Positions 51,401 to 64,000 of a DNA stretch of 64,000 bases are shown piece after piece. The position numbers and the translations under genes were made by a program. A model generated the notes under the pieces. It had not been told where the DNA came from. It was given only the letters and a program-made list of their open reading frames with translations, and did no database searches. The DNA is from Nageia nagi (taxonomy: Eukaryota > Plantae > Pinophyta). Position 1 is the first letter of the stretch; each line of letters opens with the position of its first letter. The stretch covers positions 23,560,001 to 23,624,000 of the forward strand of contig JBITNC010000002.1 of assembly GCA_050084985.1 (NCBI GenBank), given 5' to 3'.

Positions 51401-54400
51401 AGATTTCTTCTCTTTTGAGGATAAGTTTGTATTGATTCTTAAAGGAGTTTTCTTTTACAACAATTTCTTAAGATCTTCCCTCTCTTTGGATAATAGCTTC
51501 AATCAAATCAAGTTCTCCTCTTATCTTTATTTTCTCCTTCTTAATATGCTTGAAATTATTTTAGCTCTAAACTTTCAAATTTGCTTTCAGAATATCAAGT
51601 TTCTTCTAAAGTTGGAATATTTTTATCCCCTTTACTTATGTGTTATACCATTATTCTACCTTTTCTTTCAATTATGGATGGATGAGCTAAATGGTTTCAA
51701 ATATAAAAGGGGCTCTCTTTTTTTATATATGGGAATGCTTATAACAAAATGGGGATATGATTTGAATCAATTTTAAATTGAGTTAATAAGGCATAGTCAA
51801 GAAATTTATCAAACAAAGAAAAAGAAAAAAACTACACTATCCATCTTAGTTTAAATGAGATCTTCCTCAACTCACATATTATTCCATGTAAACTCTACCC
51901 TTATTAGATCCAATTATATTAGATTACTAATATACAAAAAACTATTTAGGTCATCCATATCATTATCTTTCTATCTCCCCCCTCTAAAATTTTTACAAGG
52001 GTGTAGGATTGTGTTAAAGTCACCCATGATGATCCATGGCATATCAGGGAATTGCAATTTATCTTCAATTAAGAGATAAAAAAAAATTTAACTCCCATAG
52101 AGTCATCAACCCACCAAAGGCTCCATCTAATTCTTGCCTTCATAATTTTAACTCCTTACACATCCTTATTTTTATATCAATTATGATGTCATCTTTTATT
52201 TTTTATTCTTGAATTAGTACCATGTGTGGTTTTTTATCATACCAAATATCCATAAAGGATATTTTTCTTCCAAGGGCATTTTAGCCCCTATTATTCCAAG
52301 ATAGGATCTTCATTGAGGACCTACCAAGACCCCTTGGCCTCCACTCTACTCTAGAGTGAATTTTTCAATTAGCAATATCCTATTTTGTGAGCCTATTCCT
52401 AATTTCTCCTGAAGAAGGTCTTCCTGGATGGGCTTGCCCAACATTTGGTGGTTTTCAAGTATTCATAATATTTCAGGATAGGATATCCAATCCTATGTTT
52501 TATTATTATGTGACCATAGTTTTAGCTTGATTTTCTACATTTTTGATATTTTTAATGATCTTCATAATTTATTCATCTCCATCTTCACCCTTAACAATTC
52601 CAACAACTTCCATATTTGTGGCTTCATTTTCAAAAAAATCAAATGGTATTCTAGATTTTCCCTATCATTTCCTTAAATCTATTTTTAGGTAAATCTATTT
52701 TTGGGTTTGTAAATATTTTATGTTTAATTAATGAAAGTAAAATTTTACTTCTCTTTATGGTATTACAGAAATATTGTAAGTTTTAGTGAGTTAGAGAAGA
52801 GTGTATGGGTATTTGCAATAATTTAGAGATATTATGTAAAGTTTGAATGACACCTCAATTTTTTTGTTGTGTTGAGCGTTGTGTAATGGTTGCAAACAAC
52901 AACACTCTACCTATCCTAAAGTTCCATGAAGAAGATTATGAGTATTGATCTATCAAAATGAATATGCTACTCATACACAATAGGTTATGGGATATTGTTG
53001 AGGAAGGATATAGTGATCCAACAAATTGGAACACTCTCTATCCTAATGATAAGACTGCAAAGAAGGAGGCTCAAAGAAGAACTCCTTTATATTCTATCAT
53101 TTCTTTGGAGATGAGTATCTTTCTTATGATTACTTCATGCACTTCAGCTTTGGATGCATGGAAAGAACTCAAATATGGTTATCAAGGTAGAAACCAAGTA
53201 AAGAAATTGAGGTTTCATGACCTAAAGAGATATTTTGAGAATCTCAAGATGCAAGGTGATGAGATTTTGGAAGATTAATGTGTGAGAGTAAAAGCATGTA
53301 TGGATAAGATGAATGCCCTTAGAGAGGAGATTAGGAATAAAATTATAGTGAAGAAAGTGTTGAGAAACATTCTTCCCAAGTGGAACCATGTGGAAATAAT
53401 AATAGAAAAGTCAAAATATCTTTCAACTCTTACTTATGATCTACTTATAGGATCCTTGATGTCTCGTGAAGAGAGATGCAAAGATTCCACACCATCACAT
53501 GTAGGAATTAATTAAGGAAATAATTTTGTAACAAATGAGTTTGAAGCTACCAATGCACAAAAAAGAGACTAAGTGAGAGGCTAGACATGTCTTCAAGTGG
53601 AAGAAGAAGAGGAAGGATAGGATCTTATGAGGAAGAGGAAGAGGTAGAGGTGGTTCAAATGGAAAGGGGAAAAGAAAAGAAATAATGTTACTATTATAAC
53701 AAAATTAGGCACTATAAGAGGGAGTGTAAAACAAAGACTAACCAATAAGGTGGAAGTGTAGTCCATTATGGAGAGGATGATGGATCCTCCAATTTTTTTT
53801 CCTCTTATAAGAAGACTAATCAAAATCTTAATGAAACTTGGATTCTACATAATGGTAAAGGAGAGTTGTTTTCCATAATGGATAATAGTTTTAAGTCCAA
53901 GATAAAACTTAAAAATGATAATTCATTAATTGTTAAAGGAATCATAGCCATGTAGATTAGAACCAAAGAGGGTACCAAGAAGGTAAATAACAACTACTAT
54001 ACTCCTAATCTTAAACATAATTTGCTAAGTGTGGGATAAATAATTGAAAGAAACTATAAACTTATATTTGAATATGGAAAATGTGTAATCTATGATAAGA
54101 GTAATTGATTATAGTATATGAGATATGAGCATTTAAGCTACCAAAGTTTGAGATTATTGACATTTGAAAAATAGCCAATGGATTGTCCAATATTAAAGAA
54201 GATAAGACTATGTGTGAAGGATGTACTTTGGGAAAGCACTGATGAATAGCATTTCCAAGAGGATAAGCTTCTAGGAATTTATACATTTTTTAGTTGGTGC
54301 ACTCTGACATTTGTGAACCTATGCAAACATAGAGCTTGGGTATGAAATTATACTTTCACACTTTCATAGATGATTACATAAGGATATGTTAGATTTATTT

Positions 54401-57400
54401 GCTAACATCCAAAGATGAGGCTTTCACATATCTTAAAGAGTTCAAGGCTCATGTGGGAAAAAATGTGAATGTGTTGTTAAATGCTAAGGGAATGATATAG
54501 GAGGAGATAATTGCTCTAATTAATTCCTCTAATATTGTAAAGATTATGGAATAAAAAGACAACTCATAACTACATATATTCTATAACAAAATGGTATGTT
54601 GAAGAGGAAAAAATGCACCATAATGGAGATGGAAATTAACATGCTACAATGAAAATAGTTAACTCCTATGTACTAGATTGATGTAGTGAGTAAAATAGTC
54701 TACATCTAGAATAGAAGTGAGTATAAATTCAAGCTGGGAAGGCATCATATCTTATGATACATGGTATGATAAAAAGCCTAATGTAAATCATTTTAGAGTT
54801 TTTTGTTTATCTTGATTATGCTCATATTATTTATGAAAAAAGGAGAAAATTAGATCTTAATATTCAAACATGTATGTTTTATGCTATTTTGAGAAAACCG
54901 GGTCATATAGATTATATAATCTAAAAATACATAAGGTTGTATTGTGTAGAGATGTAAGTTTTGATGAAGAGGGGGCTTGGGATCATCAAAAGTTCTATAT
55001 TAATGATGGATCTAATGGAAATAAGTCCTCTAAAGTGTATCCTACTAATCATATCAACAAATAAAGTTATACCACTCCAAGTCCTTCATTCACTCCCAAT
55101 GGAAGAATATACTTCAAGTGTGCCAAATAAAGGTAAATGAACTCTTCAAGCCCATCCATCCAATCAAATGTTGGATCAAAATTTATCAAGGAGATTCATA
55201 AATAACTAATCAATTGAACTTAATAAAGTTACAAAAAGGTTTAAAAATTTAACAATTTATGCTAATGAGGATGATCATGAGCCCAAAGGTGACGTAGTCA
55301 ACTATGCATTAATAACAAGTGTAGAAATTGAACTAGATAACTATGATGAAGCTTACAATAATGATTTATGGTTAAAGATAATGGAAACATAAATTTTCCA
55401 TCAAAAAAAATGATACTTGGGAGCTAATGGAGCTTTCCAAAGGAAAACAATATGTTGGATACAAATGGGTATATGAGACCAAATACAATGTTGATGGCAT
55501 CATTGAAATACACAATGTAAGGCTTGTGTTCAAGGGCTTCACCCAATGCTATGGTAAAGACTATGAAAAACCATTTGACCCCAAAGAAAGGTAAAGATAA
55601 TTAGATTGTTCCTTTACATGGTTTCACATAAAGTTTGGAAAGTGAATAATATGGATGTTAAAATTGCATTTCTCAATGGTTATTTTGATGAAGATGTCTA
55701 TGTTGAAAAATGCTAAGGATTTGAGATAAAAAGATAAGAATATTATTGAGTATATGATTTAAAGAAGGGTCTGCATGGTCTCAAGTAAGCTCCAAGTGCT
55801 TGGTATACAAGGATTGATGGGTATTTCAATTTATATGGTTTCACAAGAAGTAAGAATGATCCCACTATATAAATCATAAAGAAAGGTCAAGATTTCTTAC
55901 TTATGTGTTTGTATGTGGATGCTTTAATATATATGGGTATTTGTATACAAATAGATGATGATTTTAAAACATCTATGAACCAAGAATTTAAAATGAAGGA
56001 TCTAGAAATGATGCACTACTTTCCTAGCATGGAAGTGTCTCAAGGAAATGATGACATGTTCATTTGTGAATCCAAATATGCACATAAAATAATTAAAAAT
56101 TTTGATATGGATGAATTGAAACTAGTACTAACTCCTATATATCATGGAAAACTATTATGTAAATATTATGGAACAAAAAAATTGAAGTAAACATATATAG
56201 AAGCTTAGTTAGGAGCTTGATGTTTCTCAAAAATACTAGGCTTGATATTGCCCATGATGTCTCACTTGTGTCAAGGTACATGAGTGATCATACTAAAGAA
56301 CAATGACAGAAACCAAGAGGATTATTAGGTATGTCAAAGGAACATATTTTGGCATACACTACTACAAGAATGATAGGATAAAACTTTATGGATATAGTGA
56401 CTTTGATTTGGGAAGTAACTTTCATGATAGAAAATCCACATCTAGACAATGTTTTAGCCTTGGTTTAGGACTCATTTCATGGATTTCAAAGAAATAAAAT
56501 ACTATTGCACTTTCATATATAGAGGTAGAGTATATTGCAATCACAAGTGCAAGTATTCAAGCATTGTGGTAGAGTGCCATTTGATTGGCACATAATCCAA
56601 TCCACCACATTGGATCCAAGAATTTTGACATGAAGTATCACTTCATCCAGGATATTATGGAGAAGGAAATAATCAAACTAAGGCATTAAAAAACCCTAAA
56701 TAATATTGCAAATATATTCACTAAAGGATTTGCTAAACCTTAGTTTCTTAATCTAAGGAGTTTATAAGTGAGTCCCCTAGAGTGGGATAATGTTAGAAAC
56801 TCTGTATTTTAAAATAGAGCCTACATGTCTAGATTTAGAATGTTTACTTTTTCTATTTTGAGTATTAGATTATCCTTTTTGAGTCTTTGAGTTTCATGTA
56901 TGATGTCATCTATATTAGGATAGTTTTCTTTAGGATCCAAACTTCTATTCTAGTTAGCTTTTTGGATTACATTGTAACAAGTTATGATTATCCAACTAGA
57001 GTCTATTTTTAGGTGAGTCTATTTTTGGGTGTGTCTAAAACCTATATATGTATGTAAAGATTTGAATTTTAAATAATGAAAGCAATATTCTACTTCTCAA
57101 TTATTCAATATTCTATATTATTTATATTGAGTATAATGTTATGTTAATCTTCTATTTGTCCATGTGTAAGTTGGTCCTTTGAGGTTAACATCCATTAGAT
57201 TGTATCAAAAGAAATAAACCATAGAGATATATCATAATATCACTATAAATTACATTCCTAATTATATTTTTTTTATTATTTATAAGAATATAAAAGATTG
57301 TTTTTTAATTATTATGTTATCCTTATTAAATGATTTATATGTATTCCAAAATTCTGAAGATCCTTTCTCCTTTTTGGATTATTTGGAACACACACATTTG

Positions 57401-60400
57401 TTATGTATAATTCAAAATTATGATAGAAAAAATTAATAATAGCTTGTTTTGATAATTTACATAGTAGTTTTCCTTATAATTTATCATTTTACTAAGGTCT
57501 AATGTTTCCTTCTAAAAATAGTTATGCTTCCATTTTAATCCCTTCATAGTATGTTTTTATTTTTTATATTATTTTATTAGCTTACTTTGGTTTCATGTAA
57601 AATTATTATGTTTAAATTTTTATTCTAAATGAAATACTTTAATAATCTTCTCTTGATAGTAGTATTCAATTTCCTTGTATTCAATAATTTGACCTTCATT
57701 CCTACCTCTCCCAAGTGGATTTATCAATTATGGTTTATTTTCAATATGATTCCTTTTATTTGTATGTATCCTTATTGGTATTTACATAAAAATACTACAT
57801 ATCATTTTGAAACCATTGGTTATATATATAATCCTCTTATGATTTGTTTTTTTTATTTAGTGTAAAATATGTTCTTCATGCTTTCTTCATTTCATTATAG
57901 TTTCATGTAACTAAATCTAATATTAGTACATCCTCTTCTTCTTCCTCCTCCTCTTCCATGTTCTTTTTATTTATGGTTTTCAAAAATTACATATATGTTA
58001 ACACTTCTTCCTATCTTCTTCAAGGGGATCCTTAATGGTGTATCTCCTTATATTAGTACTTACATATTTTGGTATTATATCTCTAAGGATCTTGTTTAGA
58101 ATCAAATCTTTTGTCTATAATATATATTCTATAGATATTTTATCATACTTCATTTTTGGGTATCTCCAGTATTATCGCCCTTCCCTTATTTTATAATGAA
58201 GCTATCACAACTTTTTTAACATGATTTCTTTATGGTTGTTCCTATTGTATTAGAACCCCTTTGATAGTTTTGATATTTACTTTAAATAGAACCATGTACT
58301 AAGTATGATCTATTCATTTTAAGAGAATTATATCTTAATACCTTTACATGGGTTACAAAGTTACATGAGTTTTCTAAGTATCCTATCTCTTAGTATAACT
58401 TACAAGGAAAGGGAATCTTTTCATAATTTATTCTTTGAAGGAAGTTATTGAATTTTTAGGATAGACTAGTAATCTTTAGCAAAGGCCTCAATAAGTATAG
58501 TTTAATACATAATCTTATAGTAGTTACATGCATGTTACTTAAGAATTGAGATTCCATTAATAAAAATAACCATAAAGTATTTCTAATATTTTCCATTACT
58601 CTCATATTCCAACTTTATAAAGATAATTTGTATAACTTGACCATAATTATTACATTACCTATAACTTTCCTATTTAAATAGAATACTAGAGACCATTTTC
58701 TTATAAATATATCAACATTTTTAATGAACCATATTCCTTTTCTATTAACAAATATTAAAAAAAAACCATACAAAATAAAAAGGCATGGACACATCACACC
58801 CACATGTCACATATCAACAACAAATATTAATGAGAAACCATTAAAAATAAATTACCCAAACATTTTATGGGAGGAAAAACACTAAAAAAGAATTAACTAA
58901 AAAATCATAAAGAGTAATAAATGCTTCTTGGTTTTGGAGGAGTGATAGCATGAGGGACAATGGAGTCCTCATCAAGAGTTTTAAGCTTGTCATGATCATT
59001 GTTGGAATGATCAATCCTTTCCTAAGTACTAGTGGTATAAGGGGCCACCACATGATCATTATACTACCAAAAAGTTGATGGGATGCATGAATGGTGAGTC
59101 TTATTAAGCATATCATAAAATTAATTCCAATTTGGTCCCCCTTTAAAAGGCACAAAAACCTAAGAGGTTACCTTTTGGGAGTGTATTCAAACCACCAACC
59201 CCTACATTAATCATTTGCATGGGTTTATTTCATCCACTACCACTACCCTATTAAGTGCTACCATATCCATCAACTTGATACTCCCAACCATCATGAGTAT
59301 CCCAACCATCATAATGAGAGGAGCTTAAGAAATCTCCCCATCCCGAGGGTGGGAAAGGATAAGTCAGAAGAGCATCTTAGGGAAGTGCATATTGTAATGG
59401 AGAGGGATAAGGAATTGATGCATTATATGAGTGATGCTAGAAAGGTAGAGTTAAGATGTAGTCCCACTCCTTATTGGGAGGATGATGGTGAGATCAAGAG
59501 AATGAGAACTTTTCTCATAGAATAAATAACATTTCCTCATTTAGTGATAAACTACATCAGATGATTTACCTCCAAAACCATTTTATCCACCTGATCTTTA
59601 ATTTAGAACCAAATATCATGAAAACTAAGGAATTTGTAAGCTAAAAGGAAATCAATAGATGAAAGCTTAGCTACAAATAAAATTGCATTCCTTTATTTCT
59701 ATAAATGGAATATAATTCTAATTTGGAACATATTTCAACATTCAATCAAGTACTTAGAAAAATCTAGAGGATTTCCCAAGAGATTATGGTGCCAAGCTAA
59801 AGGTTTATTGTAAAAATGGCTGAAAGAAGGATACCATTTAATACTAAGCTTTGTCAATTTTTTCACAAAATTATAATAATTGCATAATAGACTTGTGTGC
59901 ACTATAAAATGGGCAAGAGAGGTTCTCCATCATGATAAAAGTGATTCTATTACCAACATGAAGACCATAGAAAATTAAACTCCAAGAAAAATATGTTATT
60001 TTGGGTTCAATGTAAGTGGTCTAAAATATATTAAATCTTGATTGCCAAATTTTATTGGATGAGAAAATCTCCCAACACTCATTTAACTTAGGAACCATAG
60101 GCAAGTTGGGTGAAAGCTAATGGTATCCATGCTTAGCTTTGTAGCTAAATAAAGAAATGTCCCTAAACCACTTACATTTTGTATACAAAAGGTGCTAAGC
60201 TAATTAATCACAATATTAAATGTACCTTTATCTTCATGGATAAGACCATGGATGATACTAAACTCTTCCCAATTGAACCAAGCTTTGGAAGAATAATTGT
60301 AAAAATTGGCTATATAACTAAGGCCTTTTAAAAAAAAAATTCCTAGACCCACTATGTATGAGTTAGCCATGAACCTCGATGTGTGATCACAAGATACCAC

Positions 60401-63400
60401 CATACATTTAGAAAGTATAGAGAAACATATTTGTATTACCCACCGTTTTTCTATCAAACTAAAGGTTTGGCAGCTTGCCAAGATTTTGCAAATAAAAGAG
60501 CTAATAATTTTAATTAGAACAAGGGCTAAAATAATACAATGAAAATTAATCCCCTTCCAACCTATTTTACCAAAAGGATAACCTTTCGATATATAGTATG
60601 TGATAAGTACTTGACAATATTGTAATCCTTTCAAAGCTCTAATGATCCACTTTGTGCTGAGCATGAAACCTTTATGTTAATACAAAAATACTCTTTCCTA
60701 CTTAACTTTTGAGTACACAACAAAAATCTCTTGCTACATGATGAAAATATTTTTTAATTTTGAGTTAGCTTAAAGAAATTCCTTAAGGAACTTTCCAAGC
60801 TTCTTGTATAAGCTTGAGAGGGTACCCAACTTAAAGGATCATAAACATTTATAGAAGGCAAAACTTTTGAACAAATTGAGAAGTTTTTGGCTAGAGAAAG
60901 CTTCTTAGTGATTCTATTAGAAAGTGTTTTTTTTCAACTCTTTATAAAATGAAATTCCTAAGTTGGGTTAGGGTACTTTTAAAGGAAGAGGGGATGCTAG
61001 TTTATTTCAATATATTCCTTGGAACAATCCAATTCCATTAAAAAGAAGTGAGTCATGCAGGGGAATCAAAGATAGCCTACATATAACAAGAAGTCTTCTT
61101 CCATTTAATGGAGGAGCCTAAGGCAGTGTAGAAAAGATCAATACCATTAAATTCCTAATCCATAGAAGCCTGATCTTGTTTTAAATTAATAAATGAATAA
61201 TCCATAAAGTATCCATTGATAAGCTACCCCTGATTGCCTACAAGCTTAATGCCATGACCAAGGCCTTGAGAGGCTTTAGTTTCTAGCAAGTAGCTAAGGC
61301 TTCCATTACTAACACATAAAGAGAATGGGCTAATGGGAAACCATATATAATTGATCTAAAAACCATGACTTCTTCAATTTGATGGCCATATAATGTTAAC
61401 ATTATTAATACATGGATAAAAAGCATTTACATTGAGGCTATAAACATAAGATCAAAACCTAAAGCTTGAAGCATGGCTAGAGTAAAGTTCCACTAAATTT
61501 TATCATAGGAATTTTAAAATAAATCTTAATGAAGAGGGTGTCTAGTTCAAATATATGAGGCCACTCCATCCCTTTACAAATAGATATAATATTGTCAATA
61601 ATATACTAACATTTAATGAATCTCATTTCTTAGGATGAAGAATTTTGGGGAAGAATTAGCCAAATTTTAAGAGCTAACACTTTGGAAATGATCTTTTAGC
61701 TAACATTGAGAAAAGTAATAGGCCACCAACAAGTGGTAAGATTCGATTCCTTTGTCTTAGGTATGAATTTCATATTTTTTTTGTAAATGAGTATCCCTAA
61801 GGATCCTTTAGATACAGCTTCATGATAGACACAAAGAAGATTGAGTTCTACAACATCCTAAATTGATTTATAAAATTTGTAAGGAAATTCATAAAAATTA
61901 GAAGATTTTTCAATTTCCATGTACATAAGAGCATAGTCTATATATGATAGAGAGAGGAAAGTATCACACTTCAACATTGAGAGGGGAAGAGTTTAGTTAG
62001 AACCATACTACATCATTCAAAAAGTTCCTATTACCTATCTCTGGTGAGCACTTGAAAGGTAAAACTTCTTGATAATAATTAACAAATACTTGAGCAATAC
62101 ATATGTATTAATGACTCTAATAAGCCCATCATTGATGGATTTGAATTAAATAAAAGACCTTACAGGAAAAGGTCTCTAAAAACATTCTTTGGTGATCTTG
62201 TCGCTAATTTTGATCTAGTGTAGACAAGCATATATTTTGGTCCATTTAGCCTCATAAACTTTAAATTTATGAATTTCATACCTAATAATGATATCATGTT
62301 ATTGAAGGGGACACTTAAAGGATTGGTTTCTAGATAAACCAATGACATAGGAAATTCATCACAAAGAGAATGGTTGGCATGTTTGCAAAATTAAGAAAGC
62401 TTGATACCAAGAACTCAAAGAATTAAATTAGTGTAACATAAGACATCATTCCACCATTATATTCAATTTTGTATTTCAAAAGGGCTAGGAGCAAGGTTCT
62501 AAACCTAGTAGATATGCACCATAATGGTTAGATATTGTTAGAAAAAAAATATTAAACAAAAAAAAAGAATAAAATATTTTGAGGCATTAACAACTCTACT
62601 AAATATAAAAAATAATAGGCATGTGTTTGGAAAAGTTTTTTTAGGAATGACAACAATAGGAGGAGTTGAGCTAGTAACTTTATAAAAAATGATTTGGGGT
62701 TTCTCTAAAAGCATAGCATAATCCAACTAGTTAAGGACTATGTCCTCTCCTACCTTAAAGTTACACCAAGTATGCCAAATAAAATTGGTAAAGTCATTGG
62801 TAGTATGACATGAAATAAAGCTACCTACCACCATAAAGAGGTTCTATCAAGGCCATGACTAGAAGCATAAATATTAGGGATTCCAAATGGTTTCCTATCA
62901 ATATCAAAAAGGGTCCACACCACTTGATTTGAGGGATCCACTCCCTTGGAAATTAACATCATTTTCCAATTAGATGACACAATAGTGAATGCACCACCTC
63001 TACCATGGTAATGATTGGTAGCATACAATGAGGTAACCTAACATAGAAAAGAGCATACACATTCTAAATTAAATCAAAGATCTTAAGTTCTTGGAGACAC
63101 AAGTCATCGAATGTTTTGTACTGAGAAGAATTTTTTTTAATTTAATGTGAATTAAATATTTATGAATTAGATTTTTAAGTCCTATTACATTGCAATACAT
63201 AATAATCATTGAGTATCATCGAGGTGTATATCACCATTAAACTCATCTAGGTCAGCATTTTCCATTACAAGATCCTTAGTATCACCTAACTCTCCCAAAG
63301 AGAAGTAGGGATTCACAAGGAAGTTGACAGGGTTGAAACCAACAAACATATTGAATGAGCATTTTTCATGACATCCATTTTATATTTTTTATAACAACAT

Positions 63401-63990
63401 AACCTTTCATATATATCTTCTTTTCTTCATTCATGTGTACTCTTATTTTACTTTTCATTCCAATCAATGGATTTTCTCCTTTGCCAATCTATAAACCATA
63501 TTGAAATTAAGTAACTTTTATTCATCATGCAACGATCCTTTCCCTACTCCCATCCATTTTCTTATTTCTCTATACTTTTATTTTATATACTATATAAAAT
63601 TTTCAACTAAGTTTATTTGATGTTCCTTGGATTTGTAAGCAAAATATCTCTTTTAAAACTTAAATCTTCATTTTTCAATTTCAAATACTTTATTGTTAGT
63701 ATCCATGTCATAAAAAAAATATTATATTTATTATATTGTTATTTCTTATGATGTATTTAGTGTTATTATGTGCTTTTGTATTTCAGGTAATATCCACACT
63801 CTCATAATATTCCATGTATTTATGATATTTAGCATAGGAAACATATCACTTAGAAGAATTAAAATATTGATTGATATAGTATTTTAAGATAACCATTAAC
63901 TTTATTTTGATTATTTACCATAATCTGATTTTATGCTTGTAGGAACTCACAAATGCAGAGATTACTATGCGTAGGAATAAAAGGTGTTAA
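44858..63990 (+). CDS. PHD-finger + CW-type zinc-finger chromatin protein (resembles the Arabidopsis At2g19260-type PHD/ELM2 family), about 315 aa, join(44858..45429,45557..45638,45760..45914,46013..46103,63943..63990)
   Basis: PHD C4HC3 (CKVC..CDRC..HIRC..CPHNC); CW-like NWLRC...CEKWRRAPLSEVQTTTWDCSCAVVWDPHHADCLVPQE; all four introns GT-AG with consistent phases 2,0,2,0 and no internal stop. Confidence 0.85.
45557..45638 (+). CDS. PHD/CW gene coding exon 2
   Basis: CAG/ ... /GTAAAT, 82 nt restores frame (EYQGSEGIPLSWEEKRW...); same boundaries in the paralogue at about 8880-8959. Confidence 0.7.
45760..45914 (+). CDS. PHD/CW gene coding exon 3 (CW finger N-half)
   Basis: TTGTAG/ NIWDKNW...NWLRC...CEKWR /GTAATT. 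Confidence 0.88.
46013..46103 (+). CDS. PHD/CW gene coding exon 4 (CW finger C-half)
   Basis: GACAG/ APLSEVQTTTWDCSCAVVWDPHHADCLVPQ /GTAAGA. Confidence 0.9.
46619..52670 (-). mobile_element. L1-clade LINE (LINE-A): ORF1 end, ORF2 (EN-RT-zf-RVT), extra ORF3, 3' hairpin; degenerate, intronic
   Basis: ORF2 starts MKILSWNNRG at 52313 (ATGA overlap with ORF1 stop); FRPIGLC..KLLAN; IKLDMQKAY; HHQFINDT (FADD-like); zf-RVT about 49100-49280; GGTTTT-N12-AAAACC hairpin at 46638-46661 next to an A-rich end. Confidence 0.88.
46830..48454 (-). pseudogene. Degenerate extra ORF (ORF3) of LINE-A, unknown function; low-complexity charged C-terminus
   Basis: One frame 48454-47813 with few stops: (M)GKSSIIEP..VWDILTNGG..ESLPAPWNYF..KYFMMDG..IILLCHFR..VCFPFFL..HLGLI. 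Confidence 0.75.
52676..57099 (+). mobile_element. Ty1/copia element (Copia-5, same family as Copia-1, opposite orientation), heavily decayed
   Basis: Truncated 5' LTR about 52676-52755; PBS-like TGGTATTA at 52758; gag, IN, RT (LYVDALI) and RNase H remnants; PPT about 56779-56790; 3' LTR 56791-57099. Confidence 0.9.
57100..58920 (-). mobile_element. AT-decayed LINE ORF1 remnant (DUF4283 + zinc knuckle), probably the 5' part of LINE-A
   Basis: GFF..GIWF..IRKWS..MVKLYKLSL..RLCIKL..QRINYEKIPFPCKL..GYL...C matches the plant L1 ORF1 pattern. Confidence 0.6.
58925..63360 (-). mobile_element. Second intronic L1-clade LINE (LINE-B), 5'-truncated in ORF1, degenerate
   Basis: ORF2 start MIIMYCNVIGL at 63209 (ATGA overlap); EN IPNIYAS; WPITFLNVS*KIISKVLA; RT and zf-RVT remnants; boundaries approximate, no TSD found. 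Confidence 0.78.
63943..63990 (+). CDS. PHD/CW gene terminal coding exon (ELTNAEITMRRNKRC*)
   Basis: T-rich tract plus TTGTAG acceptor; phase 0 completes the conserved VPQ-EL junction. Confidence 0.75.
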   Translation, partial: ELTNAEITMRRNKRC

Positions 63991-64000
63991 AGGCCTAAGA

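Overview
AT-rich, CpG-depleted eukaryotic DNA typical of a large, heavily methylated seed-plant genome (gymnosperm-like by inference). Most of the window is nested retrotransposons. Host genes: (i) an apparently intact 5-exon PHD + CW-type zinc-finger chromatin-reader gene (+, CDS 44858-63990, about 315 aa) whose last intron is 17.8 kb of nested TEs; (ii) a pseudogenised paralogue at about 8.2-9.4 kb. TEs: five Ty1/copia elements (two with both LTRs and 5-bp TSDs), two Ty3/gypsy remnants, a tandem non-autonomous copia derivative carrying an acidic ORF with periodic 17-bp palindromes, and three L1-clade LINEs. The most striking observation is that two independent, divergent LINEs each carry a homologous extra ORF (ORF3) between ORF2 and the 3' end. 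In one of them a 15-bp TSD and poly(A) show that ORF3 moved inside the LINE unit. All coordinates and translations were read by eye; no searches were run.
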